A stretch of 64,000 nucleotides of DNA, taken from positions 1-64,000 of the forward strand of contig JBHLMQ010000009.1 in NCBI GenBank assembly GCA_048938005.1, read 5' to 3'. The notes below the pieces were generated by a model, which worked only from the letters and a program-made list of their open reading frames with translations, made no database searches and had not been told where the DNA came from. Below are positions 29,453-39,036 of this stretch, one piece after another. The translations under genes and the position numbers were made by a program. This DNA comes from Promethearchaeota archaeon. GTDB lineage: Archaea; Asgardarchaeota; Lokiarchaeia; Sigyniarchaeales; SOKP01. Each line of letters starts with the position of its first letter. Position 1 is the first letter of the stretch.

Positions 29453-30385
29453 TTATATTAGCTGTTCTAAAATCTTAGTTAAATCATCAAGAAATTCAGG
29501 GAATCTTTCAAAAAATTTTTCTTTTTGTTGTTCTTTAAGTACAGCCGAAACAAAAAACATTTCATTCCCTATTTTCTTTCTCAGTAAATATGAAAAGAGT
29601 TGACCTTCAGATGAAGTAAAATCAAAAGTTCCTTCAATTTTTTCCTCTTCCATTCGTTTAAGTAAAAAGAGATGCTCTTTAATGGATTCTAGTAGCTCAA
29701 CATAAACTTCTGGTTCGATATCACTATAATATTCAGAAACAATAATCCCATTACGATCAAGTACTATTAGAGCTTGAGTTTCAAAAATTTCTAAATAATG
29801 TTCCAATAAGGAACTTAGCTCGAAGAATTTCTTGTCAAACACAGACAGTCCATATGAAACTAACTGAACAATCGAAATAATGTCATAAATAGAAGATTGT
29901 TGAAATAATATATTGAAATCAGGATAATCGCTCAATATTTTTTCTCTCAATTTTCCAATATTCGCCAAGATCTCATCGTCGGCCTTTAAATCTGGATCGT
30001 ATTTATGAAAAGTAATTATTATTGGAACATTCATTTCACTTTCTGAGAAAAATGTTAAAATAGCGTTTAAATATTCAAGTGACTTATCAAATCGATCCGG
30101 ATCTTGAATATCGATAACATAGATAAGTAAATCAGTAGCATCAAAGTAGACATCTTGGTAATTAACATAGATCTCTCGATAAGTTTCCTGTCCACCCATG
30201 TCCCAGAATATTGCATTGTTCCTTAAAAAATTCATCTTATGGTATTCTACTCTAATGGTTGGCTTAAGTTGGACGATATCTTTTTCAAAGTCATACTTTT
30301 TATCTAATGCTGTTAAGATAGAGGTTTTCCCTGCATTATCGAGCCCACTTACAATAATTTTTAAGAACGACTCCATTGAATACAA
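29453..30385 (-). CDS. Arf/Rag-like small GTPase with C-terminal roadblock/longin-like domain
   Basis: GLDNAGKTS, PT, WDMGGQ, YVID, HKYD, SSI; C-terminal ALIVLDRNGIIVSEY. Confidence 0.88.
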   Translation of the reverse strand: MYSMESFLKIIVSGLDNAGKTSILTALDKKYDFEKDIVQLKPTIRVEYHKMNFLRNNAIFWDMGGQETYREIYVNYQDVYFDATDLLIYVIDIQDPDRFDKSLEYLNAILTFFSESEMNVPIIITFHKYDPDLKADDEILANIGKLREKILSDYPDFNILFQQSSIYDIISIVQLVSYGLSVFDKKFFELSSLLEHYLEIFETQALIVLDRNGIIVSEYYSDIEPEVYVELLESIKEHLFLLKRMEEEKIEGTFDFTSSEGQLFSYLLRKKIGNEMFFVSAVLKEQQKEKFFERFPEFLDDLTKILEQLI

Positions 30386-30693
30386 CTCACACTTGTTAAA
30401 GGTATTTTTTGAGTTTAATAAAATAATAGATTTAAATAAATTTAAATTTCTGCGAATACAAAATAGAGTTTTTCAATTTTAGTCTTAGAGCTATAGGGTA
30501 TATTGTTTGCTATAATATTGAGATTATATCTAAATAATACTCTTATGTTTATATTTTCAATTTCTTGAGAGAAAATATTGAAAGAATAGTGATTTTAGAG
30601 TAATTTCGATGACATTTATATGATATTTATATTTTTTAAAGCAAATACTCTGATTTTACTCAATGATTTAATTTATACAAGAGGTTGATGTAA

Positions 30694-30924
30694 TTGATAG
30701 AAGTAAAAAACAAATTTTTAGAAAATCTTGAGTATCAAATTAGTCTTAAAGAAAATTCTTATAAAACATTTAGAAAAATCCCCGTTTTTACTGAACAAAT
30801 ACAACAATTTGATAAATCAGTCATAGATCTTAAAGATAAGTTTGATAGAATTCGGCTTCGGGACAAATATCAAATAATTATAACAGAATTGGACAATTTG
30901 ATAAAACAATCTAAAACAAAATAA
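30694..30924 (+). CDS. Small hypothetical helical protein
   Basis: 76-aa ORF, TTG start, GAGGTTGA upstream. Confidence 0.5.
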   Translation: MIEVKNKFLENLEYQISLKENSYKTFRKIPVFTEQIQQFDKSVIDLKDKFDRIRLRDKYQIIITELDNLIKQSKTK

Positions 30925-30958
30925 AGCAAATCATTTTTTTTATATTATCTGAATTTCT

Positions 30959-31381
30959 CTAATCGCCAATAATCATACAGTATATTTTCCTAAATCTCGC
31001 CTTTTCATCACATTCAATGAATATAATCTGCTGCCAAGTCCCTAAAATCAATTTTTGATTTTTAAATGGAAATACTTGGGATGTTTTAATTAGGAAACTT
31101 CTTAAATGGCCGGCTCCATTATAATCGTGCCAAGTTTCATGATGTTTGTAGCGATCATCATATGGTATTAGTTTTTCTAAAAGATTTTTGATATCATGAT
31201 TTACTAATCCAGGTTCATATTCTATAGTAGAAATTGCTCCTGTAGAACCCGCAACATGGACATTGACAATTCCATCATTGATAGTACTATTATTAATGCA
31301 ATATTGAACTTGGTCTGTAATATTAATTATATCACAATAGGATTTCGTCTTTAATTCAAAGGTTTTTAATACAACAGTCAT
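30959..31381 (-). CDS. yjbQ: YjbQ/UPF0047 family protein
   Basis: GSTGAISTIEYEPG, NGAGHLRS, LGTWQQIIFIECD; ATGA overlap with the upstream gene. Confidence 0.9.
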   Translation of the reverse strand: MTVVLKTFELKTKSYCDIINITDQVQYCINNSTINDGIVNVHVAGSTGAISTIEYEPGLVNHDIKNLLEKLIPYDDRYKHHETWHDYNGAGHLRSFLIKTSQVFPFKNQKLILGTWQQIIFIECDEKARFRKIYCMIIGD

Positions 31382-32436
31382 TTTACACATCTATTTATAT
31401 TTAAAATTTGTTTTAATACAGAATTTGGCAAATTATTTTCAGTTGCTTCTTCTAATGCTAGGATTTTAGTTATTAGAAGAAGTTCTTTTTGATCAAATCC
31501 TTTAATATTTGTCCATCCAATTGATTCTCCAGAGTCAATACAGATAAAAAACGGGGCTTTTTTATATTTCATGCATTTTTTATCTTTACATTTTTCGCAT
31601 GTTTTTGGAAAATAATATACATTACCGTTTTTAAGAAAAATTGAAAATGTGCCAAGTTTTTTATTTTTTATTTTAATCCAATTATTAGATTCAAAATGAA
31701 TATCTAAATTTAATTTCAAAATATATTCTACCAATTTTTCTGTATTTATTATCTTAGGGATATGCATATCGCGCATTTCCGGTTCGTAATAATCGTTACA
31801 TTCATCAATGATGTCAGAGTTTTCAAAAAGTAGAATTAAAGGTATAAAATCAATGATATAGACATTATCTGATTCTTTATATTTAGTTCTCTTTAAAAAA
31901 ACTGAGCATATTTGATCCAAGATATCTATAGGTTCAGAGATTTCACCAATTTGAATATGATTTGATTTTATTATTGAATCAAAATTTTCATTTTTAAAAT
32001 GTCTATCTATAATTTCAATTTTAGAAAACCGTTCAAGTATTATACAAAAAATTATCGTAATGGATGGCAATCGTGCTTGGATTTCACTAAAATATTGGAG
32101 AATTTGATCCATTTTTGTTTCAGATATAAAGATTATTATTGCCTCAGCTCCATTATAAAAAACTGTTCGTAAATAGGCTCTTTGTTGTCTACAATCAATA
32201 TTCCATAAAAGAAATTCAAATTTTTCACATTTTTTAAACGAAAAATCAATTTTGCTTATATTAACACCAATATTTTGCTTGTTTTCTATAGGCAAGGAAT
32301 TTGAACTAATTTCTTTTTGAAACTCATCCTTATACTTTTCGGTTCCTCCTAAGATACAAATTTTTTTCTTGAAAAAATGTTTTTTTTGGATTGGAGTTTC
32401 TAAAGAGCTCATTTTGCCATCCTCTAGATGTAACAA
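31378..32436 (-). CDS. Rab-like pseudo-GTPase with Cys-rich C-terminal domain (start probably MSSLE at 32412)
   Basis: KKICILGG, IGVNISKIDF, FLLWNIDC.QQRAYLRTVFYNGAEAIII; P-loop and DxxG degenerate; CEKCKDKKC..C. Confidence 0.7.
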   Translation of the reverse strand: MLHLEDGKMSSLETPIQKKHFFKKKICILGGTEKYKDEFQKEISSNSLPIENKQNIGVNISKIDFSFKKCEKFEFLLWNIDCRQQRAYLRTVFYNGAEAIIIFISETKMDQILQYFSEIQARLPSITIIFCIILERFSKIEIIDRHFKNENFDSIIKSNHIQIGEISEPIDILDQICSVFLKRTKYKESDNVYIIDFIPLILLFENSDIIDECNDYYEPEMRDMHIPKIINTEKLVEYILKLNLDIHFESNNWIKIKNKKLGTFSIFLKNGNVYYFPKTCEKCKDKKCMKYKKAPFFICIDSGESIGWTNIKGFDQKELLLITKILALEEATENNLPNSVLKQILNINRCVK

Positions 32437-32531
32437 AGTTTAGGCTAAATCCATTAAATAATAAATTTATTTAATTTATTTAATTTATTCTTTTTAATAC
32501 GTGTATTAGTTTTTAATATAATGAATTAGCG

Positions 32532-32951
32532 ATGAAGAGATTAGAAGAATTCTTGAAGAAAATTCACAATCCGAAGAACAAGATCCCAGAATATGCAACA
32601 ATAATAGTTCGTCCTGGCAAAAAACTGCTTGATTTTAAAATAAAAAAAGAAGAAGCAAATATCTTAAAAGTGATTGCTCATGATCAAAAATCATCTGGAT
32701 GGTTTCTACATTCTGTTCATATTCCATTAAAGAATTTAGGTTTATCTTATGATTCAAAAAATAAAGAAATATTAGATTATTTATCTGAACCAAGTAGAAT
32801 TACAAGTAATAAGTTTACAAAACAATACATGGAAGATTTAGTAAGAAAATATGTAGATATTTTACCAGAAAAAAAGAAACATTTTTTTAAAACCGAACGA
32901 TTTAAGAAAAAGAAAGAATTTAAAACTGGTACTCAATTAAAAGGATTTTAA
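32532..32951 (+). CDS. Basic hypothetical protein
   Basis: 139-aa Lys-rich ORF. Confidence 0.75.
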   Translation: MKRLEEFLKKIHNPKNKIPEYATIIVRPGKKLLDFKIKKEEANILKVIAHDQKSSGWFLHSVHIPLKNLGLSYDSKNKEILDYLSEPSRITSNKFTKQYMEDLVRKYVDILPEKKKHFFKTERFKKKKEFKTGTQLKGF

Positions 32952-33284
32952 TTATTTTATTTTAGATCCTGGGGGAATTGGTTTTCTCTCATCTATTTTT
33001 AACAGAAAAGGTTCATTATTGAGATCAACAGCAAGTAACATACCCTTACTTTCAACACCCATTATTTTTCGGGGTTTTAAATTTGTTAATACAATTATCT
33101 TTTGATCAATCAAATCTTCTGGTGAATAATAGCGAGCAATTCCAGTAACAATTTGCCTTAGGTCTATCTCTCCACAATCCACCATTAATTTATAGAGATT
33201 CTTTGATTTAGGTACTTGTTGGCATTTTTTTATCAACCCCACTCTAATATCTAATTTTAAAAATTCCTCATAATCAATCTGCAT
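32952..33284 (-). CDS. Trbp111/MetRS C-terminal-like tRNA-binding OB-fold protein
   Basis: FLKLDIRVG, RQIVTGI, NLKPRKIMGVESKGMLLA, PGSKIK. Confidence 0.92.
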   Translation of the reverse strand: MQIDYEEFLKLDIRVGLIKKCQQVPKSKNLYKLMVDCGEIDLRQIVTGIARYYSPEDLIDQKIIVLTNLKPRKIMGVESKGMLLAVDLNNEPFLLKIDERKPIPPGSKIK

Positions 33285-33290
33285 TAAATT

Positions 33291-34157
33291 CTAACCTTTT
33301 AATGGCATTCCATTTGAATTAACAAATTCTTTAGTTTTTAATTTCTTTTCTCGATATGGATTTTTCATATTTTTAATTTTTTTTCCGAAGGTTAAATAAC
33401 CTGTATGGCCAATCATTCTTATTTCTGGTCGAGTTGCGTTTTCCTTTACTTGGATTTTTCTTTTTATTAACTCATATGTATTTATCTCAATAAAATCATT
33501 AATCTTCATTGCTGATACTGTTTTTTTAACTTGTTCGATTGTGGGAGAAAAAGATACAAGTGTACCACTGAATTTTAGATAATATTTAATTTTTTCAACT
33601 GCATTCCAAGGAGTTGCCATATCTAAGACAATAGCATCAACATTTTTTTGGTCAAAAGAATCTTTTAATATATCTCCAAATTGTATTGTTACAACATCAT
33701 CTAGTTTTGCTTTTATTACATTTAATTTCGCTCTTTTAAGTGATTTTTCATTGATATCATATGAGTAGATATGCCCATTTGGGCGAACAAAATTTCCGAG
33801 TATGCATGTTAGGGCTCCAGAACCACATCCCGCTTCAATAACTACACTTCCCGGTCCGATTCCCGAAAAAAGTAAAATCATTCCGGCATCTTCAGGATAA
33901 ATAATTTGAGTTTTCCGAGCCATATGAATAATATAATCAGATGGTAAAGGTTTTAACACATAAAACTTATATCCTTGAGTTTCAAAAGGTCTCGAAAAAA
34001 CAACTGAACCATAGTTCTTTCCAATTATATCATTGAACTCAATAATCCCTTTATGTGTATGAAACATGCCGCCAGATTTCACTTGAACTAGCCATCTTCT
34101 TTTTTCGTCAAGTATCAAAAAGATTAAATCATTTTCTTTAATTATTTCGGAGTTCAT
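33291..34157 (-). CDS. trmI: tRNA (adenine-N1)-methyltransferase (m1A57/58)
   Basis: FHTHKG, RKTQIIYPED, EAGCGSG, LDMATPW, FSPTIEQV, GHTGYL. Confidence 0.93.
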   Translation of the reverse strand: MNSEIIKENDLIFLILDEKRRWLVQVKSGGMFHTHKGIIEFNDIIGKNYGSVVFSRPFETQGYKFYVLKPLPSDYIIHMARKTQIIYPEDAGMILLFSGIGPGSVVIEAGCGSGALTCILGNFVRPNGHIYSYDINEKSLKRAKLNVIKAKLDDVVTIQFGDILKDSFDQKNVDAIVLDMATPWNAVEKIKYYLKFSGTLVSFSPTIEQVKKTVSAMKINDFIEINTYELIKRKIQVKENATRPEIRMIGHTGYLTFGKKIKNMKNPYREKKLKTKEFVNSNGMPLKG

Positions 34158-34329
34158 TTCAAATATTATCTTTTTTTGTTCCTAAAGTATCTAAATCTTT
34201 AATTCTTTATAAGAAGGCTTTGTTTTATTATTAATTTATTTACAAAAAATATTTAAAAAATCTATAACTCTCAAATATATTAAACTTATAAAAAACCTTT
34301 TTTATAAATACTCTTTAATGAATTAATTT

Positions 34330-35247
34330 ATGAGTAGAGAGAGACCCCATAGCGCTCAAACATCTCGAACATCTTTCAGAGACCTTCAGTTCCAAATTGA
34401 AGATTTACGGCAAAAAAGAGATGAATTAAATAAGAAAACAAAACAATACATCAATGATCTCCAAGAAATTGAAACAGAAATTACAAACTCTCTAAAAATT
34501 GCTAAGGAAAAATACAAAAAGAAAAGAGATTACTGGAATAACAAAGTTAAACAATTAAAAGAAAAAAAAATTGAATACAAGACTCTATTAGATAATTTAA
34601 TAGAAAATAAGAGAAATTTACAAAAATTAGAAACAGATACTGGAGATAACAAACAAATTTTCTCTATTAAACAAATTGAACGTAAAATAGATAATTTAGA
34701 GAGAAGAATTGAAACTGAAAAACTTGACATTATTGAAGAAAATGCTTTAATTGATAAAATACAGGAATTAGCAGCAGTGAAATCAGAATTTTTATCAGAA
34801 CAAAGGAATAGTGATCTTTTTAAAATTGAGAGAAAAATCGAAATTGTAAAAATTAATCTGAATAAAATTTATGAGCAACTAAGCAAATGGTCGAATAAAT
34901 CTCAAGAAAATCACGCTAAAATGCTTGAAGAGTTTCAAAAAGTAGATAAATTAAAAGAAGAAAAGAAAAATCTCGAAGAAGAATTAATAGAAAATAAAAA
35001 AACAGCCGATCGATACCATGAACAATATCTAAAGGTTATGAACAGAAGTAAGAAAATATATAAAGGTAAAAAACCTTATAGACCAGGAAAAAAACCAACT
35101 TCAAAATTCAGTAAAATTACAGAAAAGAATGAAAGGCTTGAAAAGATTAAACAAGATAAACTAGCAACAGCATTAGAAAAACAAAAAGCAGGGAAAAAAT
35201 TGAATTTATTTGAAGCTAGATTAATTCTTGAGAAATCAAAAGAATAA
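34330..35247 (+). CDS. Archaeal coiled-coil protein (COG1340-like)
   Basis: Long heptad pattern; KRDELN, E.KL.IIEENALIDKI, GKKLNL.E C-terminus. Confidence 0.8.
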   Translation: MSRERPHSAQTSRTSFRDLQFQIEDLRQKRDELNKKTKQYINDLQEIETEITNSLKIAKEKYKKKRDYWNNKVKQLKEKKIEYKTLLDNLIENKRNLQKLETDTGDNKQIFSIKQIERKIDNLERRIETEKLDIIEENALIDKIQELAAVKSEFLSEQRNSDLFKIERKIEIVKINLNKIYEQLSKWSNKSQENHAKMLEEFQKVDKLKEEKKNLEEELIENKKTADRYHEQYLKVMNRSKKIYKGKKPYRPGKKPTSKFSKITEKNERLEKIKQDKLATALEKQKAGKKLNLFEARLILEKSKE

Positions 35248-35420
35248 AGTCTTCTTAAATAATTACACATCTTTTACATATAACTATTTTAGGTAATTTT
35301 CATCATCTTTCTAATTAAAGAAATTTTATTAAAAAATTAGGAGATCTGAATAAGGTTAAAAAAAAATGTAGATTTATTATTTTAATAACCTTAAAAATTA
35401 ATGGAAAGGATTGATAAAAT

Positions 35421-36749
35421 TTGAAGAAAAAAGTAGCCGAAATCCGAAATCTTTTATTAGAGCATCATGAGTGGTTCCAGAGATCAATTCCTCTAATCGC
35501 TTCTGAAAATATCACTAGTCCTGCTGTTGACGAAGCTTGTGCATGCGATTTTTCACATCGTTATGCAGAAGGATGGAGTGGTCAACGTGTATATGCGGGG
35601 TGTAAATTTATAGATCAGATAGAGGATATCTGTATGGATCTTACTAAAGAATATTTTAAATGTATTCATGCTGATGTTCGTCCAGTATCCGGAGTTGTTG
35701 CAAACTTGGTTATGTATAATGCATTTACATCAGATAATAATGGTAAAATGTGCTGTATGTCTATTGTCCGGGGAGGACACATCTCACATGGTCCTAGGTT
35801 TGCAAAAAGTGGGAGAGAAATTTTTGGCACTGCTGGAACAACACGAGGAATAGATGTTGAATATTTGGCTTTTGATAACGATGAAATGAATCTTGATATT
35901 GATGCTTCTGCTAGAATTATCAGAGAATTTAAACCTGAATTAGTATTGTTCGGTGGTTCAGTATTTTTATTCCCTCACCCAGTTAAAGAGCTTGGTGATG
36001 TTGCGAAAGAGGTTGGAGCATATATTGGCTATGATGGGGCACATGTAGCTGGCTTGATTGGTTCTGGATATTTCCAAGACCCTTTAAGAGAAGGTGCAGA
36101 TGTCATGACAATGAGTACGCATAAAACGCTTCCAGGACCACAACATGGTGCTTTGGTATCCAATAGGGAAGATTTAATTGAAACTTTGAGATCCTGCGCT
36201 TTTCCAGCTTTACTTTCTAACCATCATCTTCATAATGTTGCTGGTTTAGCAATAGCAATAGCAGAAATGCTAGAATTTGGAAAAGAATACCATAAAAATG
36301 TCATTGAAAATGCTAAAGCTTTAGGACAAGCTTTAAATGAAGTAGGATTAAAAGTTTTAATGGAACATAAAGGCTTTACTGAATCTCACCAAATTGTTGT
36401 AGACATCACGGAATTTGAGAACAAAATTGGATTAGGTGGAGATATTGAGAAATTATTGGAAAAAGCAAACATTATCCTTAATCGCAATCTTTTACCCTAT
36501 GATATCGCAGCAGGGAGACATTATCAAAATCCAGGTGGTTTGAGAATAGGAACTTCTGAGGTTACTCGACTTGGTATGGGAAAAAGTGAAATGGTTGATA
36601 TCGCTGAATTTTTTAAAAAGCTCTTAATTGATAAAAAAGATCCTATAAAAGTAAAAAATGAAGTAGCGGAATTTCGAAAGGATTTCCGAGAAATAAAATA
36701 TTGCTTTCAATCTCCAAGCAAAGCATATGAATATTTGAGGTTTTATTAA
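35421..36749 (+). CDS. glyA: Serine hydroxymethyltransferase
   Basis: LIASEN, RYAEG, GGHISH, YDGAHV.GL, STHKTLPGPQ (PLP Lys), GLRIGT. Confidence 0.96.
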   Translation: MKKKVAEIRNLLLEHHEWFQRSIPLIASENITSPAVDEACACDFSHRYAEGWSGQRVYAGCKFIDQIEDICMDLTKEYFKCIHADVRPVSGVVANLVMYNAFTSDNNGKMCCMSIVRGGHISHGPRFAKSGREIFGTAGTTRGIDVEYLAFDNDEMNLDIDASARIIREFKPELVLFGGSVFLFPHPVKELGDVAKEVGAYIGYDGAHVAGLIGSGYFQDPLREGADVMTMSTHKTLPGPQHGALVSNREDLIETLRSCAFPALLSNHHLHNVAGLAIAIAEMLEFGKEYHKNVIENAKALGQALNEVGLKVLMEHKGFTESHQIVVDITEFENKIGLGGDIEKLLEKANIILNRNLLPYDIAAGRHYQNPGGLRIGTSEVTRLGMGKSEMVDIAEFFKKLLIDKKDPIKVKNEVAEFRKDFREIKYCFQSPSKAYEYLRFY

Positions 36750-36839
36750 TAATTAGTATTCTTATTTTTTATCAGAATAATAAAACTTATCTTACAGTAT
36801 TCATTTAGGACTTATTATAATTTTAAATGAATAAAAGTC

Positions 36840-37673
36840 ATGAGTATCGAACTTCTTGAAAAAACAGATCGTAATTTGAAATTTGTAGTAGAAGGGATAT
36901 CTATTGATATGGCAAACGCTATTCGTAGAATCATCCTTTCTGAAATCCCAGTTATGGCTATTGATGAGGTAATCATATTAAAGAATGATTCACCACTATA
37001 TGATGAGATAATAGCTCATCGTTTAGGCTTATTACCTTTAAAAACGGATTTAGAGGTGTATAAGTTACCTCGTGAGTGTGAGTGTGGTGGATATGGCTGT
37101 CCTCTTTGTCAAGTTTCCTTAACATGTGAAGTTACAAATACCACAAACGCTCCTTTAGAGATTTATTCAGGTGACCTAAAATCAAATGACCCAAAAATTG
37201 TTCCTGTTGATCCTAATATTCCACTTGTGAAAATTGATAAAAATGATAAAGTGATAATTGAAGCTTATGCAATATTAGGTTTGGCAAAAGAACATGTTAA
37301 ATGGCAAGCAATTTCAAACATTTTCTATAGATTTTATCCCCAAATCGATTTCGATGATACTAAATGTGATAAATGCCCAGATAAATGCATTGTATCAAGT
37401 ATGTGTCCTGAAAGATTATATGATTTTTCAAATAAAAAAACACCAATATTGCTAGAAGATTATTGGAAAACATGCACGCTTTGCAATTCTTGCCAGAAAG
37501 AGTGCCCACAAGTTGCTATAAAAGTAGGTTGGAAAGATAATACTTATTTATTTTCAATTGAGAGTGATGGAGTTCTTGGATTTGATGTTATTTTGAAAAA
37601 AACATTTGAGATTTTTTTAGAGAAAATAGATGAATTTGTTGAAAAACTTGAAGAAGTAGAGATAGAATCGTGA
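36840..37673 (+). CDS. rpoD: DNA-directed RNA polymerase subunit D (Rpo3) with a ferredoxin-like domain
   Basis: ANAIRRIILSEIP, DEIIAHRLGLLPL, CECGGYGCPLC, EHVKWQ, CTLCNSC..ECP, IESDG. Confidence 0.95.
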   Translation: MSIELLEKTDRNLKFVVEGISIDMANAIRRIILSEIPVMAIDEVIILKNDSPLYDEIIAHRLGLLPLKTDLEVYKLPRECECGGYGCPLCQVSLTCEVTNTTNAPLEIYSGDLKSNDPKIVPVDPNIPLVKIDKNDKVIIEAYAILGLAKEHVKWQAISNIFYRFYPQIDFDDTKCDKCPDKCIVSSMCPERLYDFSNKKTPILLEDYWKTCTLCNSCQKECPQVAIKVGWKDNTYLFSIESDGVLGFDVILKKTFEIFLEKIDEFVEKLEEVEIES

Positions 37674-37750
37674 ACTATCAAAAAATTATTAAAATATTAA
37701 AAATTTAAGATATCAGATTAAATGAAATTAAAAGAGAGTAGATCTTTCTA

Positions 37751-38107
37751 ATGTCTCATAAAATAACCGGGCCGTCAAATTTTTATGTGAGAAAGTTGAT
37801 TAGAGATTTATGGAAGACTAAGATAAAAATATGGAAGACCCTATCTAAAAAATTGAGTGGTCCAAGAAGGAACAGAGTCAAGGCAAATTTATACCATATT
37901 AATAAGAAGACAAATAAAAATGATATAATAGTTATTCCTGGGAAAATTCTAGGGCTGGGTGAATTAGATCATTCTCTTACAATAGCGTGCTTAGAATATT
38001 CAAAATCAGCGAAGCAAAAAATTGAATCTTCAGGTAGCAAACTATTAACAATTGAAGAATTATTAGTGCAAAATCCCAAAGGTAGTGGGATAAGGATTTT
38101 TTATTAA
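37751..38107 (+). CDS. rpl18e: 50S ribosomal protein L18e
   Basis: GPRRNR, VIPGKILGLG, NPKGSG; position after rpoD. Confidence 0.93.
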   Translation: MSHKITGPSNFYVRKLIRDLWKTKIKIWKTLSKKLSGPRRNRVKANLYHINKKTNKNDIIVIPGKILGLGELDHSLTIACLEYSKSAKQKIESSGSKLLTIEELLVQNPKGSGIRIFY

Positions 38108-38141
38108 AATATTAATTATCATATTTAGATGATGTAAGTCC

Positions 38142-38615
38142 ATGGTAATCGAATATCAGTTATATGATGCAAAAGATAAAATTTTAGGAAGATTCTGTAG
38201 TCAAATTGCTAAAAAGGCTTTATTGGGTGAGTACATAGTAATCATCAATGCAAAGGATGCGATTATTAGTGGTACAAAAAGAGATATTCATGAAAAACAT
38301 TTAGCAAAATTAAACGTTTCGACAGCAACTAATCCACGGAGAGGACCATTTCATGAAAGAAGACCGGACACTTTTATGAGAAGAGTTATAAAACAAATGC
38401 TACCAAGAAAGAAGCTTCGAGGAAAAGAAGCTCTTAAGAGAGTACATGTATATATATCGGATATTCCAGAACGATTTAAAAATAAGTATCAAAAACTTAT
38501 ACCGAATGAAATCTATAATGTGGATAAAAAGCGTCTTTCATATTATAATAGATATATTACCTTAGAAAATCTATGCCGACGAATAGGTTGGAAACAAACT
38601 GAGATTGAGGTTTAA
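38142..38615 (+). CDS. rpl13: 50S ribosomal protein L13
   Basis: DAKDKILGR, GPFHERRPD, MLPRKK.RG..ALKR. Confidence 0.95.
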   Translation: MVIEYQLYDAKDKILGRFCSQIAKKALLGEYIVIINAKDAIISGTKRDIHEKHLAKLNVSTATNPRRGPFHERRPDTFMRRVIKQMLPRKKLRGKEALKRVHVYISDIPERFKNKYQKLIPNEIYNVDKKRLSYYNRYITLENLCRRIGWKQTEIEV

Positions 38616-38618
38616 GAA

Positions 38619-39029
38619 ATGTCAATGAAGGTAGTTCAAGCATCGGGCAAAAGAAAATCTGCTATCGCTAGAGCTGTTTTAAGACATCCAGCAAAAGGTC
38701 AAATAAAAATAAATAATGTTCCTTTACAATTATACGAACCAGAAATAGCTCGCTTAAGGATTCAAGAAGTACTTGAAATAATCAATCATCCTAAAATTGA
38801 AAAATGCGATATCAATGTTCGAGTTCAAGGTGGGGGGATTATGGGGAGAACAGATGCAGTTAGAATAGCAATAGCTAAATCTGTAAACAAATTTATAGGG
38901 ACAAAAACTATCGAACGAACGTTTAGAGAATATGATGATTCCCTATTGAGTGGAGACTCGAGAAGAACTGAACCAAAGAAGTTTGGTGGCAAGAAGCCGA
39001 GGGCTCGAAGGCAAAAAAGCTTCCGTTAA
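38619..39029 (+). CDS. rps9: 30S ribosomal protein S9
   Basis: GKRKSAIARA, V.GGG, RRTEPKKFGG, ARRQKSFR. Confidence 0.96.
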   Translation: MSMKVVQASGKRKSAIARAVLRHPAKGQIKINNVPLQLYEPEIARLRIQEVLEIINHPKIEKCDINVRVQGGGIMGRTDAVRIAIAKSVNKFIGTKTIERTFREYDDSLLSGDSRRTEPKKFGGKKPRARRQKSFR

Positions 39030-39036
39030 ATTTTTA

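Noticed and set aside
32462-32490. (aatttattt)n-like short repeat
   Set aside because: Low-complexity AT-rich promoter sequence with no spacers; not CRISPR.
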